Source: Octopus bimaculoides
Taxonomy: Eukaryota
Reading direction: 5' to 3'
DNA: 45,512 nucleotides
NCBI RefSeq assembly: GCF_001194135.2
Contig: NC_068985.1
Location: forward strand, 62,728,889 to 62,774,400
The position numbers and the translations under genes were made by a program. Shown here piece after piece: positions 35,760-45,512 of this stretch; position 1 is the stretch's first letter, and the number at the start of each line of letters is the position of its first letter. A model generated the notes under the pieces. It saw only the letters and a program-made list of their open reading frames with translations, had not been told where the DNA came from and did no database searches.

Positions 35760-36360
35760 GACATGTCTTGTTTAGGTTGATTAGGCCACTCAAGCATAGG
35801 GTTTTTGGAGGTGTGTATGCTGGTACTTGGCTTCCATCTGTTCCAGCATGAGGATGGGAGCCACCATTTCAGAATGACTGGACATAAGTTTACTTACCAA
35901 GCATTCTGTGGGGTCTTTGTTGTTTTGTAGCTTGCTGGTAGCAGGCATATGTATTCAGGGCTTGATTTAACTTGATCATATGTACCATCTCAGAATAATT
36001 TCAGGCGACATTAACTGTATTAGCGCCAGGCAACTCTTAGACCCTCCTATAATTTCAAAACTTCTTTTAATGTGTTTTTACTTTTTTTTTTCTGGATACT
36101 CAGTCACACACAGTCTACTTCTTGGTTCCTTTTTGACACTCTGGAGAACTTGTGGGAGAATCAGCTGTTTGAAGGTTTGGGCCTTTCATATTTTGTATCT
36201 TTCAGCTTAGCCATGCCATGGGAATAAAAGGCAGTTGTTTGGTTACTGCTGGTGATGCCATATTTCTGCAGAAAAGTTAATTCTTCTGATATGAACAATG
36301 ATCCCTGATCATAATGAATATGAGCAGGCATTCCAACTACACTGAACAACTTACGATCTT
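35760..36360 (-). mobile_element. Ty3/Gypsy integrase remnant
   Basis: FSVVGMPAHIHYDQGSLFISEEL-FLQKYGITSSNQTTAFY matches the rve core FGxPxxIHSDxGxxFxSxEL...TTxYxPxGNG. An LTR-like segment with AATAAA follows at ~35430-35650 (uncertain). Confidence 0.75.
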
Positions 36361-36699
36361 AGCTATCATTTTGAGACAGGGTGTACATGAATGGTAAACA
36401 ACAATATTCATCAATTGCTGTTAAAACATAATAGCTTTTATTAGCCATTCAAGCAATATTTGGATGGCATAAAAAATTGAACAGATCTGTCAGTTTGTTC
36501 AGATTTGTTGTGGTGCAGTTCATTCAGTTTTACATCCATTTTTCACATTCTAGCATGGGTTAGAGAAATATATTACACTGGCATTGCTTTATAGTTGGAT
36601 GCTTTCCTTGTGGCTAAGCCATACCTTGTTTTCAAGTGATCTCTTATGCCACATATTTTTGAAGGCACAATACTGGCAGATGATTTGTTGATAGGAGAA

Positions 36700-36945
36700 A
36701 TTACATCACTCCTTATAGCATTTTGATTTTAGAAGAAGTGCAAATGTAAACACACATACACAGCAGGCTTCTTTTAGTTTACAGTTACCAAATCCATGCA
36801 CAACTTTTTGATTAGCCTGGGGGCTAAGAAGAAGACACTTGCACAAAGTGCCATACAGTAGGACTGAAAATCCAGAACCCTGTGATTGGCAGGTAAATTT
36901 CTTAATGACATAGTTATGTCTGTATCTTAGACAGTATATCAGCTG
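36700..36945 (-). mobile_element. Degenerate tRNA-derived SINE
   Basis: Diverged reverse complement of the 10250 family head. Confidence 0.5.
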
Positions 36946-37169
36946 CACAATTCAGTGCAGCTGGGCAATATTGTCATAAGAAAAGGGAACTCCTGCTTTC
37001 TAGCACATAGCTCTTTGCAGAGAACAGCAGTGATCATGTGCTTCTTAGTGGGTGGGTGTTTGTGTTCATGGTATGTATATGTCCATGAGAGCAATGCAAC
37101 TGGTCACACTAGTTTGGTATGTGTCTGCTTCAATGGTGAATATGCAATTATCGATTTGCTGAGATAAAA

Positions 37170-37700
37170 GTTTTCAAAACTTTTGTCTTTCATGTTATGA
37201 AGGCTGCCAGTACTGGAGTATTAAACAGGAATTCTTGTGCACTTTACACAAGAATTGTTATATCCACTGTAAATTACTTAAAATCCTCCATATTACAGGT
37301 GAAGGGAAACCATATCCTGTGCAGCTGGTGTTGGGATTCAGGTTGATAGATGCTTGATTTAATGGGCATTTATTATTGTTTAGTATCAAATTTATTTCTT
37401 TTGCTGACTTCTAAGAACTGGTTTAGATTTATATTATGTTTGGTCTGCATTCTTCTGCAGACAATAACAATATTAATGTATAAAAATGCATCCTTAACAT
37501 CAGCATTTTTGTTGATCTGGTCTATAACTCTTTGTAAAACTGCCACTCCTAATACCAAATGATGCCTTGTTGAATTGGTAGGGCTTGCTGCAAAGTTCTT
37601 TTATATGGATTTAGTGGTAAATACTTCACAGACTGTGTATTAAATACTTCGTATTTTGCAATCTTTTCCATTATTTTATTGATACTAGAAAATGGAGAGT
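37170..37700 (-). mobile_element. Possible very old LINE RT remnant
   Basis: Broken QQG/SPxxFN-like and post-YADD-like motifs across frames; weak. Confidence 0.3.
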
Positions 37701-37714
37701 AGTCAATAACCATG

Positions 37715-37880
37715 GTCGATATGTTGCTTTAAAAGTTAGCTTCCCAACCACATGGTTTCAGGTTCAGTGCCACTGCATGGTACCTTGATCAAGTGCCATC
37801 TACTATAGCACCAGGCTGACCAAAAGCTTGTGAATAGATTTGATTGATGGAATCTGAAAGAAGTTCATGTGTATGTATAT
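37715..37880 (+). mobile_element. tRNA-derived SINE head
   Basis: gcttcccaaccacatggtttcaggttcagtgccactgc...ctactatagc, same family as 10250. Confidence 0.75.
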
Positions 37881-37985
37881 AGCTTGAAATGTTAAAGACT
37901 TTCTCTATTCCCGAGCGTTAAACTAATACATCCTTTTGTTGTTTACACCACCTGTCCTCGTCTGTTGTTTTTTTCGTAAATTCTC

Positions 37986-38026
<41 letters not shown>

Positions 38027-38319
38027 AAAACTTACTGTCGTGGGAAGAGCCATTTTAACGATGCGTACTGCCNNNNNNNNNNNNNNNNNNNNNNNNNNNN
38101 NNNNNNNNNNNNNNNNNNNNNNNNNNNNNNNNNNAAACGTCGGTGTTTTAATGGTGGCAGCTGATGAAGGATATGTTCTCTATGTGGCCTGCTTGTTTGT
38201 TGTACCTTGTTTATCATTTTGTCCATGTTCTTTTGCAATGTCATGTACCCAGATATGTATCTATATGTACATGTAGAAGGTATGTACATATATATATATG
38301 CATATACTCATATATTGTT

Positions 38320-38369
<50 letters not shown>

Positions 38370-39082
38370 CATGTGTGCTTTTATGTTGTCTTGTATTACA
38401 TCATGTGATAGCTGTAAATGAGTGTCACTGTCATACAAGAAGTGTCATTCATTTTCAATATTCTGTAAAAATATCTGGCCAAAGGGAAATATATGGTGAG
38501 AGTTGGTGACAAAAAAGACATCCAACTATACAAAATATGCCTTAAACTTTGATCCATGCAAGCTTGGGAAAATGATTCTTAAGTTTTTTACCTCTGGTGA
38601 TTAGCATTTGAGCTCTCTTGGGAGACTTGCTGGACTCAGCAATGCTATGTTATTGCACTCAGCTAACTTCTGAATGTATGAAGAAGTCTGTCTTACAATG
38701 TTACTGGACTTGGCAGCAACAGGCTTCTAGATCAGAAGGAAATTGTTAAATAGCACAGTACAGGACTTTTAATAGCTAGGTCACATACTGTAAGTAGGTG
38801 GGTAGAGTGGAGTGCCATGAAACTTAGTTTATGTTCATATGTTGTTTTAGGATATTATGTCTATACACCATTCTTTTGTTACAGTCAGTTCAACCTTTTG
38901 GTATTTATTAGAACAAAGCGAAACATCTGATAATTGAGAATTGAAAACTGTAGAGTGGTAGTTACCATGGAAATTATTCTGTTAAGTGAATGACTGCCAA
39001 AACTTATAGAACATTTGTAACTTAGTCTTTGTTTTCATAAGACAGTTTGTTAGGTTGAGGGGAGACAGAGTTGGTATAAGAG

Positions 39083-42000
39083 GCTACTGTCATCATCGTC
39101 ATTGTTTAACGTCCGCTTTCTGTACTGGCATGGGTTGGACAGTTTGACCAAGGGCTGGCAAGCTAGAAGCCTGCACCAAGCTCCAATCTGATCTGGCAAA
39201 GTTTCTACTTCTGGATGCCCTTCCTAATGCCAACCGCTCTGAGAGTGTATTGGGTGCTGTTTATGTACCACTGGCATGAAGGCCAGTCAGGCAGTACTAG
39301 CATCAACCACGCTCGAATGGTGCTTTTTACGTGCCACGAGCATGGGAGTAGTCAGCTGGCACTGGCATCGACCATGCTTGAATGATGTTTTTTACGTACC
39401 ACCAACATGGGAGCCAGTCAGACAGCACTGGCAACAACCACACTTGAATGGTGCTTTTTTACAGGCCACTAACCCAAGACCAGTCAGGTGGCACTGGCAT
39501 TGACCATGCCCAAATGGTGTTTTTTATGTCCCACTGGCACAGGTGCCAACCAGGCTGTACTGTCATCAGACACGACAATGACTAAACTTGACTCAACAGG
39601 TCTTTGCAAGTGCAGTTTATTGCCCAATCATTGAAGGGTCCTCTTAAATGGGCTGGTTATGCTGCACTGGCATAAGCCATGGTTACAGTCTCACTTGGCT
39701 TGCCAGGTCTTCTTAAGTACAGCATATCTCCAAAAGTCTCAGTCACTTGTCATCGCTTCTGTGAGGCCAACATTTGAAAGTCGTACTTCACCACCTCATC
39801 CCAGATCTTCCTGGGTCTACCTCTTCCGCAGGTTCCCTCTACAGCTAGGACGTGACACTTTTTCACACAGCTGTCCTCATCCATACGCAGCACAGAACCA
39901 TACCAACGCAGTCGTCTTTCTTGCACACCACATCTGATGCTTTTTATGTCCAACTTTTCTCTCAGGGCACTTACACTCTGTTGTGTATGCACATTGACAT
40001 TACACATCCAACGGAGCATACTAACTTCATTCCTTGCAAGCTTACGCATGTCCTCACTGCCATGTAACATAGCTGTTCGCACACATGTGTCATACAGTAT
40101 ACCTTTTACTCTGAGCGAGAAGCCCGTTGTCACCAGCAGATGTACGAGCTCTCTGTACTTTGCCCTGGCTATTTTTATTCTAGCAGCTACACTCTCAGAG
40201 CATCCACTTCCACTACTGACTTGCTCACATAGGTAACGGAAGCTGTTTTCTGCACATTTTCAGTGTTTATTGCTCCTGAGCATTTGCCACACACAAAAAA
40301 TATTTTCCCAGTTAGCCTTCCATTGATATTGCTGCACCTTTGTGTCCAGAGCTTACACAGGTATATCTTAAGGAGTTTCTACCTCTGACTTTTCTACAGA
40401 TCAAGCAGGGCCATCTACCTGAAGGGATTTGTGATTTGTCTGCTTTCCTACTTAAGACTTTAATTTTTGCTAGATTGACTCTAGAGCCCTTCAATTTTAG
40501 ACCTTGCTTTCACACCTGAAACTTCTCTAGTTCTGATAGTAACTCAGCAACTAGAGCAAGGTCATCAGCATAGAGGAGCTCCCAGGAGCAACCTGTCTTG
40601 ATTTCCTCTGTGATCGCCTGGAGGACTATGATAAATAGGAAGGGGCTGAGGACTGAACCTTGGTGGACCCCTACCTCTACCCGGAATTCTTCATTACACT
40701 CGTTGCCAACCCTCACCTTACTGACAGCATCCCTGCACATGGTTTGTGCAGCTCTTACTAACCACTCATCTATCCTTAGTTTCCGCATTGACCACAGATA
40801 AGGGATCGGGGGTCCCTGTCAAAGACTTTCTCCATGTCAACAAAAGCCAGATATAGAGGTTTATCTTTGGCTAAGTACTTCTCCTGTAGCTGTCTTACCA
40901 GAAATATAGCATCAATGGTGCTTTTCCCTGGCACAAACCTAAACTGCATCTCATCTAAACTATCTCTCTCCCGAATTAGATGGGCTATGACCCTCGCCAT
41001 GACTTTCATTACCTGATCCAACAACTTGATACCTCTGTAATTATTCATATCTAATGCATCGCCTTTACCTTTGTGGCAGTTGATTATGGTGCTACTACAC
41101 CAGTCATTGGGTATGACTCCTTCATATATCACCTGATTGACTATACGGGTGACTAGACTATAGCTGATACCGCCAGATATTTTAGGGTTAGGGTGATTCC
41201 TGATGGTCTGAGGTCTTTCCCTGTCTTCATACCCTTAATTGCTTTACCTACCAAGATACTGTCAATTTGGATAGCTGGTCCTTCTGTTGCCTCGACATTC
41301 GACAGGCTCTCTTTCTCCTGTTCCTTCTCTTCATTTAGCAATCTCATTAAATGCAAGTGAGCCATCATCCATGCGGACACATTTCTCTCCTATGACAAAA
41401 CAATTTTCTCTCACACCCTGTCTTACAATATGAAACACTTCAAATCTTTGGTCTTCACAACGCAGGACATTGGCAAATTTTTTCTTATCTGCTTCTCCTC
41501 TGGCTAAGTAAACCTGTCTCCTAGCTTCCTTTCTGGCAATCTGATACATTTCACTGCTACCACCGTTATTCAAGTCCTTCCATACCTGTTTCTTTTCCTT
41601 GATGGCCCTGTCAACTACATTGTTCCACCACCACACTATCTTGGGTCGAGAGGGGACTTTGCACCATCCAAAGATCTGGTCAGTAGACCTCAACAGGTTG
41701 TCCCGTAGGAACCTCCAGTTGTTTTCCACATCATGTGATGCTATATCCTCCTATTTTGTCAAAAGCTTCGTGTAATATATCTCTAAATCTCTGTCCATTC
41801 GCAGAATCCTTAACCTTCCAGCCCTTCTCCATGCTGGGCATCCATTTAGCCCTGATCCTGAAGTCGCTAACGACTAATCTATGTTGAAGGGTGCATTCTT
41901 CACCTGGGAAGGTTTTGGTGTCTTTCCTGTTTCCTGGCAAAGATGTAGTCAATTTGTCTATTGTGTCCACCAGATAGGTGAATAGGTGACTGGCAGGTTT

Positions 42001-42171
42001 ATTGAAGTTAGTATTACAAGCCATAAGCTCGCTTGCATCGCAGAACTCCAGCAGCCTGGTTCCCTCCTCATTGCAGGAACCAAAACCATAGCTGCCATGT
42101 ACACGATGGAGCGTTTGTTTATATGTATATAATCTTGTTTCAATCATTGGACAGCAGCTATGCTGGGGCAT
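39083..42171 (-). mobile_element. RTE-clade LINE, long copy (end of APE endonuclease, RT, ~650-nt 3'UTR), pseudogenised
   Basis: YGFGSCNEEGTRLLEFC...CNTNFNK and QHRLVVSDF (endonuclease); WWWNNVVDRAI; NYRGIKLLDQV; GVHQGSVLSP; LLYADD; GRGRPRK; tail ending ggacgttaaacaatgacgatgatga. Confidence 0.95.
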
Positions 42172-42490
42172 TACCTTGAAGGGTTTTAGTTGAATAACTT
42201 GACCCCAGTACTTATTTTTTAAAGCTTGGTACTAATTCTGTTGGTCTCTTATGTCAAACTGCTACATTATGGGGATGTAAACAAACACCAGTTGTCAAGC
42301 AGTAGTGGGGAACACACACACACACACATATATATATATATTTCAGTTTTTGCCTACCAGCTCCACTCACAAGGCTATAGTAGACACTATGCAGACAGAT
42401 GCTATAGTAGACACCATAGTAGACAGATGCTATGCAGTGGAACTGAACCCAGAATCACCATGTGGTTGCAAAGCAAATTTCATGTCACAC
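42130..42490 (-). mobile_element. tRNA-derived SINE at the RTE 5' truncation point
   Basis: Reverse complement of the 10250 family. Confidence 0.7.
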
Positions 42491-42937
42491 TTATGCCTAT
42501 ATATATAAATTATCAGAAAATGGAGAAAACTTTTGATCAACAAAACAAATTGAACCACATTGGTTGGTTATTTTTTTATGCAAAACATGACATAACATTT
42601 CTTTCGGCCGTTTCTACTTCCAATGTTAGTCGGTGCTTTTGAAAGAAATTCCGAAAATAATATTTGTTATCGTCATAGCACATTCGATCTATTAAATGGA
42701 GCTTCATCAGAGTGAATACAAATGCATAAAATAAAATGAACAAACGGAAGAGAAAAGAATAGGGTCTTGAGAAGAGGCCAGATGGCTCAATATATTAAAA
42801 TCATACCATCTGGCAGCGTGGAACTTGAAGTTGATAGGCAGATGAGTGAACTAGCAGTGGTCTAGGGAAATATTTATGGGTATATTTCTATATAAAGGGG
42901 GAACCAGGGTGTTTGAATAGTAGTGAAACAAAGCTAG

Positions 42938-43003
<66 letters not shown>

Positions 43004-43012
43004 CATACATAC

Positions 43013-43043
<31 letters not shown>

Positions 43044-43384
43044 TATATATACTCTCACACACAGAGAAACAAATGTACATGGAATTAGGAAATGCTCAAG
43101 AATAATTGACATAGAAAAAACAATAGCAACTGCCCAATATGCACAGTGTGAAACAAAACTAATAGGATTCAAATTAGAGGATGCAAGATTACAAAAAAAA
43201 AAAATTAAAAATGCAGCTACAGAAATGAATGTCTGCTTGGGAACGATTGTATGAGAAGTAACATTATATATAAATGTGAAGTGGAAACAAATGAGCATAA
43301 ATATGCATATGTAGGTGCAACAAGTGACAACTTCAAAAGCTACTTCAGAAACCACATTGCATCATTTTCTAATAAGTCTTTTTT

Positions 43385-43846
43385 TTATTTTCATACAAAG
43401 AATGAAGTTTAATCAATTATTTTCCATTTTGTTCGATGACCCTTTGCCATCTTTCTGGCAACTTCATGATTCCATGCTCATAGAACTTCTGGTCCTTATC
43501 AGCCAAAACCTGAAGCAAGTGCAATTTTAGGTTATCATCATTATTGAAAGTTTTATCGTTCAAAGAATTTTGCAAACTTTGAAATAAATGGTAATCTGGT
43601 GGATGTGACATAACTTCCCAACCAAGCTCCAATAATTTTTCACTAGTTAGCGAAGACGTATGTGGTCTAGCGTTGTCATGGTGGAACACGATACCTTTAC
43701 GATTTGCTGGTTCTGGCCATTTTTCTTTGATTGTTTCCTCCAGTTTTGTTAGTTGTTGACAGTAAATGTCTGAATTGATCATTTGGTTCCTTGGAAGTAG
43801 CTCAAAATATCAACACCTTTGTAATCCCACCAAATTGACAGCATGA

Positions 43847-43879
<33 letters not shown>

Positions 43880-44592
43880 ATACAATTCAGCTTTCGATAT
43901 GATTTGTGCTGGTTCATTATGCTTTGTTCATGATCGTTTTCAATTGATGTTATTGTAGACAGTTCATTTTTCATCACCAGTGATGATTCATTTAAAAAAA
44001 AAAGTCGTTTCAATGCATTTGAGATGCATATCGCAAATATTGATTTGTTGCGCTAAGTGAATCTCTTTCAATTTATGTGGAACCCAAATATCAAGCTTCT
44101 TAACGAGTCCAAGACATTTTAAATGATTTTCAGTTGTTGTGTGTGATACATTTAACCTCTCTGCAATCTCGTATGCCAATCAAACTCGGTTGATTCGGTC
44201 ATCACCAACTTCAGTAGGTCAACCAGAACATTGGACATCTTTGAGTGAAAAATCTCCAGAATGGAATTTTTAAAACCATTTCTGACATGTGAGTTCTATT
44301 AAGCAATCAATACCATAAACTTCACATATCTCTTTGTGAGCCTCAGCAACTTTCTTGCCTTTATGGAAATAAAAAAGCAAAATATGGTGAAAATGTTTGT
44401 CTTGCACTCCATATTAAAATTGACACTGAACTAACAGCTGCAAACAAAATTATATGCAAGTTGCTTCTAAAGTAAGCTAAAAGTAATGGCTATCAAATGT
44501 CGAAAGGAAAAAGATCAAAACATTGACAAAAGTCATTGAAAAAGATCATAACTCTATTTGCAAAAAACGAAATTACTTTCTTGCCCACCCAA
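43385..44592 (-). mobile_element. Mariner transposon pseudogene
   Basis: WVPHKL, FHHDNARPHTS, DYHLFQSLQNSL and YEHGIMKLPERWQRVIEQNG; TIR ttgggtgggcaagaaagtaatttcg ending in TA at 44593-44594; a poly-T run interrupts the ORF near 43849-43878. Confidence 0.92.
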
Positions 44593-44756
44593 TATTCAGC
44601 TGTATATTCTTTTTTGCATTTCAGCCCATGCTGAAATGTGGCCATGCTGGGGCACTACTAGTGTAATTACCTTTCCAGTGGCTATTCTTTTGTGATTGGC
44701 TTTTGGGAAAGAAGGGAGTTCAACATTGCTGCCTTCTTTTGAGTTTCTTGTCATGA

Positions 44757-45440
44757 TGTAGGTTCTGCCAGGGGTGTAGCCAGCCCACTTATGCGTACCT
44801 TTCCTTCATTGGACACTAAACTCTGTTTGCGAAGACCTGTTGAGGCAAATGTAATCGATCCAAATTCGACGGCTGGCACCCATGCCAACCTCTCCTTCAT
44901 TGGACACTAAACTCGGCTTACGAAGACCTGTTGGGGTAAGGGAAATCGAAATCGTGATNNNNNNNNNNCATTGGACACTAAACTCGGCTTACGAAGACCT
45001 GTTGGGGTAAGGGAAATCGAAATCGTGATTGAACCAAATTTGATGACTGGCATCTGTGCCAGTGGAGCGCTAAGAGCAACGTCCGAGCGTAATCATTGCC
45101 AGAGCAGCTGTCTGGCATCCGTGCGAGTGGCACATAAATAGCACCATTTGAGTGTGATCGTTACCAGCGTTGCCTAACTGGCACTTGAAAAACATTCGAG
45201 CATGGTCATTGCCAGTGCTGCTGGACTGGCTCCTGTGCAGGTGGCACGTAAAAAACACCATTTTGAGCATGGCCGTTGCCAGTACCGCCTGACTGGCCCT
45301 TGTGCCGGTAGCACGTAAAAGCACTGTACAAACTCTGCCAGATCAGATTGGAGCCTGGTGCAGCCATCTGGTTCGCCAGTCCTCAGTCAAATCGTCCAAC
45401 CCATGCTAGCATGGAAGGCAGACGTTAAACGATGTTGATG
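44757..45440 (+). mobile_element. RTE 3'UTR copy, young subfamily
   Basis: Colinear with the 3'UTR of the 39083-42171 element; ends gcagacgttaaacgatgttgatgat followed by (TA)n. Confidence 0.8.
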
Positions 45441-45491
<51 letters not shown>

Positions 45492-45512
45492 AATATGTGT
45501 GTGTATATAATT

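Noticed and set aside
38961-38974. GTTACCATGGAAAT, an X-box-like motif
   Set aside because: Imperfect, lies in CpG-poor sequence, and no nearby gene start is evident.

Overview
AT-rich, microsatellite- and transposon-dense animal genomic DNA with six N-gaps. The SINE and RTE repeat families resemble those of octopus/coleoid cephalopods, which is an inference from remembered repeat consensus rather than a database search. The only host gene I can identify firmly is SNRNP70 (U1-70K) on the minus strand. Its two coding exons (14099-13956 and 4953-4891) have canonical splice sites and are separated by a ~9 kb intron; the later exons are not visible. Most of the remainder is decayed mobile DNA: RTE LINEs, an L2/CR1-like LINE, a Ty3/Gypsy element plus a second integrase remnant, a Penelope GIY-YIG remnant, several mariners, a Tigger/pogo, a piggyBac, tRNA-derived SINEs, a Helitron and a Helentron-like element. 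The most notable unexplained structures are: (1) a 194-bp MITE with perfect 24-bp TIRs whose interior is telomeric (TTAGGG)-type repeat, nested in a Helitron that also carries an exon-like ORF; (2) a set of in-frame-joinable plus-strand exons antisense inside the SNRNP70 intron; (3) a candidate small secreted-protein gene at ~32.5-32.8 kb; (4) ratchet-like AG|GT sites and hammerhead-core-like motifs. None of these four can be confirmed from sequence alone.
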